Assembly (NCBI RefSeq): GCF_963853765.1
Contig: NC_088857.1
Span: 19,344,001 to 19,408,000, forward strand
Direction: 5' to 3'
Source: Magallana gigas
Taxonomy: Eukaryota
DNA length: 64,000 bases
Below, in pieces: positions 26,176 through 40,849 of the stretch. Both the position numbers and the translations under genes were made by a program. Every line of letters starts with the position of its first letter. Positions within the stretch are counted from its first letter, which is position 1. The notes beneath the pieces are model-generated. The model had not been told where the DNA came from, did not search any database, and saw only the letters and a list, made by a program, of their open reading frames with translations.

Positions 26176-27654
26176 CCATAAGAGATACACGAAAACGCAA
26201 GAAGCCGAAAGCCAAGAATGGATATAGGATAAGAAAGTTCTGCTTTCATAATTTTCGATCTGAGATTTAATCTTAAATCATACGCAGTCTCGATATTTCA
26301 TACATACGTATAATTTCATATCGTTATATCTTCAATTAGAAAGCAGGGCGATCGTTTTTTGAAAATAATTCTATACATCAAACTTTTTCCTTTATCTTAT
26401 CTCCTTTTTTGAATTGATACAATAGATTATGTAAAAAGATCATCACAACAATTGTCACTGATAGACATTTGTTTACTTGTTTAATTAAGTGACGTTGTCA
26501 CCGCAGCCAATCAGTGATGTGCAGATTAGATCACTTGAAATGTATATGGTCGGGGAATGGGTGAGTATATTGTTTAATCTCATAGCAGATGTAAAATTGA
26601 ACGTGACGCAATTGGAAAAATAACACCAAAAACGAATTGATTGCACTTTAATTTTGTATATATAATATGGTGTTATAATCATAAAAGTCAAACAATTCTA
26701 ATTCGTTATAACTCGAAGAATTGTTTTCATTTTCTTTTTAGAATTTCCCCATCTCTGCAAAGCTAGATCTCTATTTACTTTATTTGTCTAAATATAATTT
26801 AGAAATTTTTTTTTTTTAATAAAGCAACATATACATTGTGATATTTATATTATATTAACTACATTGATTTAGCTTTAACTTACGGCATAAATCATATTAA
26901 TATGACAACAAGAATGGAATAGACCGCGAGTTGTTTCTGGCATCTATCGTACAATGATACTTAGTACTATGTACTTTGCATAGATTTTATGATTTGGCAA
27001 AGATTAGATAATAGACGAAGTAAAAATAACAACGTAAAGAGTGATGTCAATTAATGCATCAGTATAGTGGTAAAGAAAATTATTTTATATTCTGCATGAG
27101 TGGTTTTACAATAAAATAGCTTCTTTGTCGAAGGTTTCATGCTTACCGAACGTTAAAAATGAAAATTAATAAAACTGAATAAAAAATTCACAAACTGTAC
27201 TTTTTATCAATTATAAAATTGTAAATTTCGTCGTTTTTATAGTTACAATGTATTTTTGAAAATTATAAGCAAGTTACACCACGGAGAGAAAAGCAAACTC
27301 ATATTTAAGTTTAACGCATACACTCTCATACAACACCAAAAGAAAAAAAAAAAAACCTATTTTGTTTTTCATTATTTTGAAATCTCGAAGTAAACTTTCA
27401 TTCTAATGGATCTTATATGAGTGAATGGTGTTCTAACTGTGAAAACTATGCAGTTGATCTTTATTTTTAGAGTTTAGAGTAATCAAAGATGCATATATTT
27501 AGTCTGATATTTTAGAACAAAATAAAGAATATTGTTTTTTAGTTTTGCTACAAAACTCGCCTTTTCTCTACTTTTAAATCATTCACTTTATGTGCTATAT
27601 TTTAGTACTTTGATTATGGATGTAACGCGAAAAAAGGTTTTCCTTTTAATAATC

Positions 27655-28675
27655 AATACCTTACGTCGAGTACCCATTATTGCCGAAAAATACACACGTT
27701 TTCTCTATTATTCTCTTCATTTAAGCTGTCATGTAAAAATTTCTAGGCAAATCTCTGCACTGTTCATTTATTTAATCTGAGGAATAAATTTTATTTTATT
27801 CTCATCAATATCGACTTACTTCTGGCTAAAATTAAACCCTGTCCATGACCTTCGATTTACAGGACGTTCGAGTACCCAATATTGCCGCTCATATCTTTTC
27901 GTTATTTTCCAGTAATTAATCGATAGAAAGGTCAAAATTTTAAAAGAATCTAACAATATAAGATAAAATGTAAGAATATAACATAAAAATTATATCATAA
28001 ACGCAATTCAATCACATTATAAGCAATATTCTTTTCGATGTCTCTGCGGCCACATGCACACAAACGGAGGAACATGTGCTTCACATGTTTCGGGACAAAT
28101 TATTAAAAATTAAATAAATGCATTGTTTATTCATTAAAAAGCTTTTCAAAATAAGTTTTAGTGTGTCCAGTAAAAGAAATAATGTGTGTGAAAGTTAATA
28201 GTAGTGCCTCTGATTTACACCTCAGGTGCGTGTGGATAAATCTTTGATCCACCTCAGGTTGGAAACAAAATGGCGTCTTACAAGCAAGCAGACGCTCGGT
28301 TTTTCTTTCTTAAATATTGTGTAATAAAAATGATATCTTGCTTATTTTTGTCAAATATCATAACACGGATGTAAATATTCTTCTAATTTGGACCAAAACA
28401 AAAAATGCCCTATCATCAAAGTGGACTACAAGTCAAACAAACAGTGGCATGTGTCATCGCACGGATACAAATGTGATATGTTTCCATAGGCTTACCTTTG
28501 TTAAGGTGAGTTCCGAGATTTTGAAGTCAATTTTCTTCATTCCCAACTCTTATAGTGTCTTAAAAATTCTATTATTTGTTTATTTTGGTTTGTAGCTTAA
28601 AACAACAAATAGATAGCGGAAATCTTGCTGTTTTTATTACAATCGGCAATAATGGGTACTCGTAAAATATTGGTA
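27655..28675. mobile_element. Probable non-autonomous TIR element
   Basis: 19-bp inverted pair cgagtacccattattgccg (~27666) / cggcaataatgggtactcg (~28644), with an internal copy at ~27869. Confidence 0.45.
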
Positions 28676-31600
28676 CTCGCACGTTATGGTCTCTTGAAAA
28701 AAAGTTGTACTTTGAAAATTAAAAAAGGATTTTTCAGTTGCAAACTCATACGCTCTGAATAACCTCTAGTGACGTCCTTTTAGGTTTCCATGATTATATA
28801 TAAAATTGTTGACTAATGTGTATAAGGCAAAATATGCGTCGCTGCAGAGAAGACTGTACGCTTGAATTACAATCAAAGCTATCGCGAATCACGATTTTAG
28901 AAACAGCAAACCATGCATTTTTAGATTAAATCCGGGGTCATGGTTTAAACGTTGATGGATGAATCAAACCTAATGTAGCAGGGTTTTTTTTTTCCATTAG
29001 TCATCCCTAACCTTTAACTATATATAAAATCTTAAAGAAAGATTATTTTGATAACGTTGCAGTAGTTTATGTGCTACATGGCAACCGAACCGTTATTCAG
29101 TAAATCATGATATAATAAATAGGAACCATTTTCCTTTCTTCCAAATGTTATTAGATTTGTTTTAGATTTATTCCATATAAATACTTTCGGTGAACATAAT
29201 TTAACAAGATGTTGTATTGTAAACAGCCATTAAAATTGAAGCCAGATGGTTATGAAAAACGAATCAACCTAATTGTCAATATCATATAGATAAATAAGCT
29301 TAAGTAAAACGAAAATTGTTGAAAAATCAACATGACAGTACTTGTAAAAGAATGTAATTTAAATTGAAAAATTTCATCGAATCTTTCTACTCTTTCACTT
29401 TGTGTAATAGGAAAGACCACGTGTTGTGGCTAGGACTAATAAATCAAACATGTGATAATTGTCATATTAAAAATGTTTACGGGAAAATACCTGTTATACA
29501 CATTCTAGCTATAATTTCTAGGTACATGTATAGCTTTGGTTAGATCCCATATCGACGGTGTCATTTCAAATTAAAACGAGTAAAACTACGCTGTAAATAA
29601 GTCATTAGCTGTACTTTGACTTTAATATGACAAATTTTACTTTTAAGACATGAGCTAGATAAACCACAGACTACGTATTGGATGCACAGGATAACTTCTA
29701 TTTTAAGGACGTTATTTACTAAGGATTTAAGTTCTCAAAGGAATATATATGATAAGGGCCTAAAATGGCCCCCTAAAATGAACATCATCATTTTACTATC
29801 ATTCTTTGTTTTCTTAATACAGATATGTATGTGATGTGTTTACATAATATTCATTTTGGTTCAAGTGCCCACAAATTGGAAATATGACATCGTAAAGACA
29901 ACCTTTTCCCGCCATTTTTGCATTTTTAGCGTAAAACAGCTTGTTTTCAAGCAGTTTTTCCTTCCGAAAACATAGAGCGCATTCTTGAACAAATAAAATA
30001 TTTCAATCAGAGATGTAACTAGCCAAGACTAAAAAGTGACAAAAAAATTTTCCTTGTTCAAGCATGCGCTCTATATTTCCCATTCGTATATATATAAAAA
30101 AAATGTCAATTTTTGGCCGATTTTGATTGAATTATAGAAATGGCGTCCCTTCTGACGTCATATACTGCCAGTGAGTGCATATAAATCAAATAAATAGATG
30201 AAAAATATATTTTATATCAACTTTTCTAAAAAATTAGTTAACATTTTATTGTACCCGAAACACTTAAAATATGGCTGATATAGTTCATTCTTTTAAAGTT
30301 CAATGTCATGAGTAAAATTTTGTTTTAAACATAAAAAGTAGTTATTATATGAACTAAAACTGAATTAACTTCGATATTTTTACTGGAATTAGGCTTAGAC
30401 AAAGTTGTGCTTTTTTCAAAACAGAGGAAATTCGGGTTTCATTTTTCAGATTTTATTTTTCACTGAAATATATTTGGTAGTACTATATTATTCAAAGTTA
30501 AGATTTTATTTGTTAGTAAACATATTTTGCACATTTTTTGTTGGTTTTATCTTACTTTTTCATTTAGATAATTGTATGGCACACACAACAAAAATATAAA
30601 AAAAATGCTTAAAAACGATAAAATACACCATATATCAAAATTTTTATCATTTGCCTCATATAGATTTTATGCCAGCAAAGTAAGGTAAATCTACTTAGTT
30701 TAAATGTTTATGTATTATCATCATTCAAATTTTTGTAAAATTGAATAAATTACAAAGTGATAGAGGAAATTTGGACAGGGATATTTATAAATATTGTGGA
30801 TGAAAACTTTTTGCTTTGTATCTATTTGGTGTGTCTATCATTCATAAACTTTATTTCATTTTTAAAAGAGTTTAGCAATTTGTATTATTTTCACAATTAA
30901 GAAAATTTCAAATTTAGTGTAAAATTTTTAAGGAGTTTTCTTAAATTTTCAAAAAACATTCAATGGCCATTAATTCAAAAAGTAGGTCATTGACCTACGT
31001 TTTTGAAAGTGAAAAATAAAACTACCATGAAAGGTCTATAACACAAAATAGATGGCTTATCATTAACATCAGTGGAGTTTTTTTTATCATTCTGAGTAAA
31101 CGTAATCCTTAACACGATATTTTATTACTTTAGTAGTTGTCCATGTCTATTGAAACAAATTCATACACTTCGAAATCTTAATGGCATATCAAATTGTCAA
31201 ACAATATATAAAACCTGTCCAAGTTGTCCATTTTGGTCAATTTTAATAATCTCGAAAAAAAATCCATTTGATCAGTTAATATGTCTCCCTCAATTAATCT
31301 ATACTCTGATATATTTCTCATACAGAACTCCACTCCAATCTTTAGTAGCTATCATTTGTTTCTAGGTACTTTTTAATTATTGTTATCAAAATTAACTGCT
31401 ACACATTATTCATTATTCGTCATTCCTGTTACTACATTGACAACAGTAAAGGATAAATAAGAATTGCATGTCAGTTCCACGAAATCTTGCAATAGTCAAA
31501 TGAGATAAATGGCACGAAAAATGAGAGACGTGTCTGTCAAAACATAACGACAAAACTAATTATTTTTATAATTGTTAACCGCTTTAAAGGTTTTTAAAAA

Positions 31601-31798
31601 AAAAATTATCACAGAAAAAAAATCACACAGGCAAAATTGGCAAGTTTGCTATCGGATCATCTACAACATCTGCAAAGCCATATAAACAACAAAAGAAAGT
31701 TTTAAAATTTTATTGATATTGATTCTTTCAATAAAATATAATACAAAAATATGAAACCCTTAACCTTCGTCCCTTTATTTCATGATTTTTTTTAGTGT

Positions 31799-34267
31799 TT
31801 AATCACTTTGATCTGATGAATCTTGACCAAAAGATTTATTCTCATTCTTAAACCTTGAAAATCTTTTCGCACCCGATCGATCGCGTTTCCAACTTTTCGG
31901 ATAGCGTTCTCTTCTAGGTTTTGATTCCTCGGATGACCTCGACTCCTCACTTTGTGAACTATCATGAGAACTCGACCCACTACGAAATTTACTTTTCCTT
32001 CTTAAGAATGGCTTTCTGGTCAACACAAACTGCCTGTACCGTTTGGATAAAACCTTCTCTAAATACTTTCTTTTCTTTATAACATTCTTTGGGATGATTG
32101 ATCCCGGTTTTTCGTCAGAGTTGTCTTTAGATTTCTTTCTATCATACCGATGAAGTTTCTTAACCAGTTTGTCTGTTTTGGACGACTTAAAATGGCCACA
32201 TATCCTAAGGTCTCTCCATAACATGCTGAAAAGCCTCTCATTTGGTTGTACCTTCTTAAATAATTCTTTCACCATATTTACCATAACCCGTTTGTAAAGT
32301 GGGTAAAGCCTCAGAGAGCAACTTATTTTCGGTACTTGTTTCATAAAAACATCGTCTAGTATCATGCTTAAGTCATCTAAATGCTGCATCACGTCAATTT
32401 TAGGTATTGTAGGGCCAACTAATAGTTCTCTTTGACGATTAATATTCCCCAGTTGAGGTACTCTTGATTTCGAAACAAAGTCTGTGTTTTCAGGGACATG
32501 ATTTTTAATATCACGAAAATGTTCTAGGTCTTTGTCGGAGGGAATTTCAATATTTTCAGTTAACGTACTTATGGTTTTATGGTTGACTTCATTGTTTCTT
32601 TTTTCAAATGGAATATCCAGGATTGGATCATTCCTTAGATTGTTAAATCCATTTATAAATGGACTTCTGAATCTATCTGAAAACGTGTTCGTCAACCATG
32701 GTGGAAGATTTCTTTCTATTGATAGAGGCGGTTCCGTGTGTCTGTTCCAGCGATTTGCTTCTTCTTGCCATTCAGGTTGTTCTGGTTGTGCAAATTCTCT
32801 AAACCGATTTTGAATATTGAGAGCATTTTCAAATCCCCCAAGTTGGTTTTGTAAGTTAAAGGCGTTTCCAAAGTGTGGAAATATCTGAGGATCATTTAAA
32901 TTTCTAGAAATATCGTTGACATTTCTTTGGTCGAGATTTGGTACAGAACCTCCGGGTATGATATTTTGGACTGCTGCCGATAAAGGTAGACCGGGGTTTA
33001 CTGGAGATGCAAGTGAGTTTTGTGGTAACATGTTTGGAGGGATAAGGTCTCGAACATTGTTATGACTGCCTGCAGTCTCAAATTTTTGAGATGGAGACCC
33101 AGGCAGACTGGAATGAATCTGTGAAAGGACACTACCGCTGAGAATCCAACTCTAAAATATAGTTAGTAAAGTATAAAATAGCTAAGATGTTCAGTTATTT
33201 TAGCCGAATTTCGACTGATAACAGCTTCTGAATAGTTTGATACAGTTGAATAAGGTTGAGCGTTTAAGAAATAATCCATCAGATCTACCTTAATATATTA
33301 GAGCTTGAAAATGTAAATGTTTTACGTTATCTATATGCAAAGATATTCTTCTTAAGGAGACTGATGTAGTATACAAATAGCTACGGCCGTCCACGCCCAT
33401 GATTTGCTTGAGTTGGTAATATAGGTGAGAGTAAATCAAGAGAAGTTTCTTCTTATATGTCAAAGTAAGTTTTTATAATTTGTCACGCAGTGCATGCAAT
33501 TTTTGTAAAGAAAACGGTTCAATAAATTTCGTGTGTACATTTATTTTATCATTAAGGAGAATACTCATAGCCCTTAGGCTATTTCATTTTTGAAGATTAT
33601 GCAACTAACAAAAAACGGATTGAGAATAACCCAACGAGATATTTTTTAAAACCATCACAGAAGCTTGAAATTCAATTCTTAAAATTGAAAATAAAATAAA
33701 AATATTGATCGACGTCAAAAAATATCATTAAATTATAATTGTAGCAATTGATAAAACATATTTGAAATTTTCAATTAAGAAAATCATTTTCTCCATGTAA
33801 CAGTAAACCGATCACAAATTAAAAGAAAAATATAGTTTCATGGATTTTATTTTTATAACAATTATTCTTTGCATCGCAAGGCTTTTAAATTCTAGTTATG
33901 TGTTTTCACTTAAAATACAGCAAACATCGTCACAAAAAGTCAAATGCATTAAAAAGCTGCAATTAGATATCTTTACTTTAGATTTGGTAAGGTTTCATGC
34001 GAAAAAAAAAATGAAACTTGAATAAAAGTAGGTACTTGTTTTTACAGTTACTGTAATGAAACCAAAGCACTTATACACAAAAAACTACGTCGTTATAAAA
34101 AAATTCTTAGATTTAACTACGGTTTAATAATGTGTTTGATTTGAAAAATATCATGGACTATGAATATTAGTTGAGTTTTGTCATTAGAATTTTAAAAAAA
34201 TATCTTAAACATCCCCCAGAAAAGCGTTTACAGAAAAAGAACTCACCAATAACAACACTGTCAACAT
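31799..34267 (-). CDS. Secreted low-complexity protein 1 (457 aa). Exons 34247-34267, 31799-33151
   Basis: MLTVLLL|SWILSGSVLSQ signal peptide split by a phase-0 intron; N/Q/P/F-rich N-half, K/R-rich C-half with Ser clusters; TATATAAA at 34307-34314. Confidence 0.85.
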
Positions 34268-34785
34268 CTTTTCATTTGTGAAGGTAATTAAAGGGACTAA
34301 CAAGCTTTTATATATCTACATTCTAGTGCAGGTAATTCATAGAATCCCCCTCAGTGAGCTTTATAACAGGCAATACATCACCGGTTTGATGTATGATCTA
34401 CCATAAAACTCCAGGTAAATTTTCTCTCAACGGCGATTCAATGAAATTTTATTAATTAAAAGAATAGGATGCATTATTGTCAAAAATCAGGAAATCAAAT
34501 TTGAATTTTAAATGAAAATAAAAACAAGGCATTTTTGCATTATATCTATCTCTTTCAGTCACATTACCTAATACGTTGGTGGTGGAAGAATAGATTTGAA
34601 AGCAACCAATTAAAACAAACAAATTCATACAATTGTCTTTGACTTAACAAATCACGTTTTATATTACAAATGCTAAAGCTTATACCTCGTACATGTAAGC
34701 ACTTTATATCATGAAATCGTCATTGTATTCTTCTACATTGATAATAAACAATAAACACATACCAGGTCATGAATAGAATTGAGAG

Positions 34786-35008
34786 GTACCTTGGAATCAT
34801 TTAAATTCGTTGGGGAAAATTTTCGTGGATTGTGAGCATTTTGCTTATTTGTGGGGATGTAATTTTGTGGATGCGTCGGTTTTAAGTTTCAGTCTGAAAA
34901 CTTCCTCTTTTAAAACAATTTTCGACGAGAATGTAAATTCGTGGAGGAGGACTAACCACGAATAATACGAAAATTGAGCCACCAGAAATTCTAATGATTC
35001 CACAGTAT
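34786..35008. mobile_element. Small MITE (TA-flanked, Tc1/mariner-like ends)
   Basis: taccttggaatcattt / aatgattccacagta inverted ends. Confidence 0.5.
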
Positions 35009-37157
35009 ATCTTTGAGTATTTTAAAACAAATAATATCTGATTTGAATTTGATAATTAAAGAATTTGATTAAGATTATATAGATTACCAAAGTCAACATT
35101 GTTTTTGTCCTGATAAATAAAATGAACATCCTGTTAAAAAAAAGTTAATTATGTGAATATTAACCGTTAAACGTTTTGAGTTTGAATTGATTAGTTTACA
35201 TGTATAATTATTTGTCGATCATAAAATCAGTTTTACTAATCTTCATAAATATGCATACAAAATTATGCATATGGTATCTCTGTAGAGAAGTTCGACTGAC
35301 AATGTGTCGTTTTTGACATCTTTAAAACCCAGACTGACAACATTTTTCTTATCCAGACTGAGAATTTACACTTTCAAGATGTGCATTTTAAAATATGAAC
35401 ACATTTAGTAAAAAATGTTCAATTGTGCCTTTATTCCATATTTTGCAAGATTCTCTAATCAGAAACCTTACGTTAAATCTTATTTTCCCTCGAGTAAAAT
35501 AAATTGCTGTTACTACGCACATCCTGTCAAATTATATTTATTATGAAATATTAGAATATCCATAATTTTGTTTACCAGTTAAGCCGTTAATATCACATTG
35601 AAATTTTTATTTACCTTGTTAGGTTTTGATGAGCTGGTTTCTGTTGACGATATATATCAGATTATATTAATTATGTATTTCGATTAAAATTATGAAAATT
35701 GAATGCATTTAAATTAAATCGAATATATCAAATACATTTACATGAAATGATCAAATACCTGCTGCATGTGTTCAATAATTTGAATCGTCATTTGGCGGGA
35801 TGGTTAACTCAATCGCTTGTTCCATCATCATTATTGCGTGCCTCCCCGTCTTTGTAATTCAATGTTGCGAAAAGGCAATTATATAATAATCCAAACATTT
35901 TCCAGATTATTAGATATCAACTGCAAATAATGATTGATTGCAAACAAACAAATAATAACTTTCATATAAAGTTTGATTTTGCAAAAAAATTACAATAACT
36001 ACCCCCCCCCCCCCCCCCACAGAAAACAACAACAAACAACCAAACAAACATAAAAGCGAAACAAATCAAACAATAAACATATTGAATCGTTACTCTTTGA
36101 AAGGTGTTTCATTGTACTCTTTTGTTTGTTTGATTTAATGACAATTAGAGGTTAGTGTACAACAAAAGATAATACCGCAATGGGCTTTTTTATATTAGGG
36201 AGTTATTGTTCCTTCCTTATAAACCAACACCTGTTGTGGTGAATTTATATACACCATACATGTACTTTAACTACCATAAATGATTACTGATAATGCTCCT
36301 TAATAATACGTAAAAGGGGGCCTTTTTGCTTCGTCAATAACATACCATACACATTGTTGTTTTGAGATCATCTTGGGTTGTTTATTCTATACGCAGACTT
36401 TCAGATAAAGTTGTACCTCTCTGCACTTATTTTTAGGATAATTGAAATTATCTGTTGTCTGTCCCAATTTATTGCTTCCTCATTTTACTCATAAAGGTTC
36501 ACAGGAGCGGAAACAAATTTCTTACGGATATTTATAATGGGAAATAGGAATTCACTTACATGTACAATAACTAACACAGTTTTTCAACGTTATCATCCGG
36601 GCTACTTCATGGCTGATGCAATGCAATATCCCCGTAGAATTTCTACTTTGGGTTGCATTTGTGCATTGAAGCCTGAAGCGGTAGAGGGGGCATTTCAAAA
36701 CAGATAATCTTAGTGTATGAACATAGATGGAGCACAAAGGTATTTATGATTTTCGAAATAATACGCGAAAAGTGGTGAAGCAAAAACTCGGGACAGATTA
36801 TAGCTGCAAATACAATAAAAATGTTTCCTTCATCATGTATTACATTTTTAATTTGATTAAGTATGTTTTTCAGTATATAAGGTAAAGAGCTTGAATAGAC
36901 ACATTTTCAATCAAAAAACACCCAAGTCCTTCATAAGCGTAAAAACAAACAACAACAGAATAAGTTAATCAATGTATTTTAATTAATCAAAACCAATTCA
37001 TAGATTTTGAGCATTTCCATCACCATGTTTCGTCATTATTCAAAAATGAAAATGGACATCTGCATTTAAATTATCGAAACGTTTCATATAGAATCGTCTT
37101 TTTTCTGGATATTTTGCTTTAGAAGCAGCAAATAAATAAAATTTTAGACATTATTTT

Positions 37158-38863
37158 CTAATCATCTGAATTTTCATTTCCTTCCGCTGTATTCTTGTTA
37201 TTTTTCTGCGAATTTCCCATTTCTCCACTGGACTGTTTCTCTGCTTTACTGCTTTTGAAGCTTGGAAGGAAAGGGTAATCAGTTTGAGCACCATAGTAAG
37301 TATTTTTCTGGTTTAAATAATTTCCACCTTCATTTCGTCTTTGTTTCACTGGTTCGTAAGATCCGTATTGGTTTTCTCCATGTTCTCTCTCCGAACTGTC
37401 TTCATCAGCGTTTCCATTTCTCCTGTTATTGAGTGGTAAATTACCATAACCATACCCTGGTCGGTAGGCTGCATAGACATTGGGCGATGGATAATTGGGG
37501 TATTTGGATTCCTGATATCTGTTGACATTGGGCGATGGATAATTTGGGTAAATGGATTCCGGATATCCGTTGACATTGGTCGATGGATAATTAGGATAAT
37601 TGGATTCCTGATATTCGTTGACTTTGGGCGATGGATAAATTGGGTAGTTGGATTCCGGATATCCGTTCTGAGGGAGGACAAGCTTTGGTGCCTGTCGGAA
37701 TATTTTGTAGTAAACTTGACTCAGGGGCCCTTTCAACAAGGGAAACTTGAATGGAAAAGGCTGACGGCGCGGCTGCATCCCGTTTTCATCCTCACAGTCC
37801 TCTGAAGAATCTCGTTGCAAGAATCGAGCAGCGGATAGCGCAAAAACGCAGCTTAGGATCTATAAATAGAACATTTTAGATATGATTCTGTGGGTTTTTT
37901 TAAAATCACCAATGCCCTTAAGTAAGGCCATTGCAAGTTTTTTCTTTGTTTAGCGTCCACCCAAAAACTCAAAAACCTGGCTTTCTATCAGGAAAAAAAC
38001 CCAAACCTTAGAAAAAAACATAACTTTAAAGGTTCAACAAAATAAAATGTGTTATATATTTTGAAGTATTTTCTTCATTTTCTAACAAAAATACAAAAAT
38101 AACAAATACCTTCTACATATATGATTTCCATTTTGAATGTTGTTATATTTGATTTCTAATTCGGATTTAAAAATGCGATCCTGAGCCCGACATATGAAAA
38201 AGCGATCTAATTTTATGAACAACAATTGTGTGGTTTTTTTTTTTTTTAAATTTTTACATCTCAAAACCAATTCGTCTGCGGACGCTAAACATAGAAAAAA
38301 CTAGGAATGGCTTAATGATTATCAATAATCGTAAAAGCTTGGATACTACGGTTTAAAACTGAGTTACTGAATACAGTAATTGTTTTGATTGAAAGAAAGA
38401 GTTATGAAAAATCTCAGCAACAAATATGGTTCAAATAATTAATGCGCTCTTAGTTATTGATTCGTTAAATTAGATAAAATTAACGCCTCATGATCTCGTT
38501 TGCAGTCATGTAGTATTTAAGTCGGATCGTAGAGCCAATTACTTTCATGTCATAAAAAAGGTTTGTGATAATAAATTATTTTTTTTAATGAAAGTTGCAC
38601 AATTTTAAAGCACACTTATCGATCGATTGTTCAACTGACAAGAATTTTTTTTAAAGAGATCACAAAGAAATATTTTAGCCTTTATTGTCTAAAGCTTAAA
38701 ACTGTAGGGTTGGTAATTTCAATTTAATAAACGATTTTTATCTGATTCAATTGTATTAGAATATTTGTAATATTTAATTGTGCAAATTGTGTAAACCATA
38801 ATTCTAAACGTTATCACAATTAGAAACTACATGACTACTTACTAAAGCCAGTGTCGCCTTCAT
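37158..38863 (-). CDS. Secreted Tyr/Pro/Asn-repeat protein 2 (240 aa). Exons 38843-38863, 37158-37859
   Basis: MKATLAL|ILSCVFALSAAR signal peptide; four 16-aa repeats of the type YPESNYPNYPSPNVN; TATATAAA at 38911-38918. Confidence 0.87.
37475..37668 (-). repeat. 48-bp coding tandem repeat x4
   Basis: YPESNYPIYPSPKVNE / YQESNYPNYPSTNVNG / YPESIYPNYPSPNVNR / YQESKYPNYPSPNVYA. Confidence 0.9.
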
Positions 38864-40849
38864 CTTACTAGGAGTTAAGCTGTTGGTGAGATAAGGCAAG
38901 TTTTTCCCCCTTTATATATTTATTTTCTGCATAAATATTTTAATGTATTTGCATTTTCCACCTAATATCCATTAACTACATACCCAAACTGTTTACAAGA
39001 CAATGAACTTATTATAAGAGGTCCTTGATATTTGACCATGAAAATACTCAGAATTTGAAAACACAATGAAGAGATTTCAGGTGCAGGGCCCTTGACTGAG
39101 AAAATGTTATTATACTATAAAGTTCTTCTCCTTGAAATAATAATCAGTCAAATGGTTTAAAAAAAAACCCCTATTACCCTGTATTTTTGAAGTTTCGTTA
39201 TTCGAATATGTTTTGTTTATTTAAAAAGAATATGAAATATTTATATACTCCTTTGTATCGTATTAAATTTTACAATATAGAACATAATTGTAAAATTTAA
39301 TTCAAATTACAGATGAATACACAGCTATGAAATATATGATTATAATAATGATCTCATATTTCAACCGATAAAAATCAACAAAACTATTATTTAGTCTTTA
39401 CTGATGAATCACCATTTGTCTATATCTAGCATACTATAGTAAAGCCAAAGCTCACATTTATCACATAAATACCAAACAAATTTCTCCAAAACGTTTGTAT
39501 CTAGCCAGTGTTTGTAAAAAAAAAAAGAGAAAAGTTAACGCTACATCTTAATTCAACTTAATCAGTGTCAACAAAAGCATATGTCGAGGCGAGCTGAACG
39601 CATTTTTATTGTATTTGTGTGTGTGTGAGTTTTTGGCAATAAAAATATTTAATATATAAGAATGAGCGCCGACAACGAGTAGAGGAAAGAAGATGCGGTT
39701 GCAAGGTTAGAAAAAATACAAAAAGCCCCATGACATTTACCAAATGCTAAAACATTCAATCAATTCAGACGACGTTTAAGAGGGGACAGTGTTGACAATA
39801 TGGAATTGGGACTTCCAGGAAGGGTTCATTCTCATGTCAAGGCCATTCATTTAGTTTTAGTTAAATTCCCAGTTGTCTCTCTTCTAATTTTTCATCAGTT
39901 TGTCTCTTAAAATGAACTCCAGTCGATGTTGTCTTTTTGAACCAGCTAATATTTAAACCTTAGGACGACCTCTTATCTGTAGTGATTATATTTTTAAAAA
40001 AAATCAGTAATATTATTTAAATAAAAAAAAATTAATTAAATCTAACAAAAGGTTTGGTTATTCCTATTACTGAGGTAAATGTATTGGAATTTTCAAGCAT
40101 AAGATAACGTGGTCAAATCCAGTAATGTTTTCTGTAATTGTTTAAAACCTTATCGTCTTGAAAATGAAATCGTTTTCATTGTTAATAAAATGGAATGAAA
40201 GTTCTAATTTGAGTAAGAAAGCGAGTTAGTTAATAAAAAATACTTTATTATTATAATGATATTTATTATACCTAAAAAGCAATTAGAAACATGTCTAAGT
40301 GTTTCAACGGACACTTCCCGGACGTTGTTTGTCATCTAAATATTTCCAGGTAAATATCTTCCCACCGTCTTGACCTAGGGGTCGTCGCGCTGTAAGGCAG
40401 ATATTGAATGACGTGTACTCATTAATCTTCTCTCGAGGTTTACCTCTAATTACTAGAGCAGCCAAATGCGGTGAACAAATATAAATACGTGGACTTTTTG
40501 AAAATAATTTGTCTTTGTGAACACATTTAAATTTTTTTTTGTTTTTTCAATAAAAAAAATATTCATAAAATTAGATGAAATTTGAGTGATCAAAATGAAT
40601 TTTCTCTTTTGATATAAGCTGGTGAGATAGGCAACTGTAAATATATATCAAATCTTTGACATTCATTGCGCGTTTGAATACACATTCGGACACCGTAAAC
40701 TCAGTATTGTGTTTATGGTAAAATGAGCGGAGTGTATTAATTGATTATACGTTTCAGTGCATATTAATTATTTTAAACAAAAAATTTCAAATAAATTAAT
40801 CAAAGGGACTAAAGACGATATTAAAAAGGGGAAAAAATATCACCCTTAC

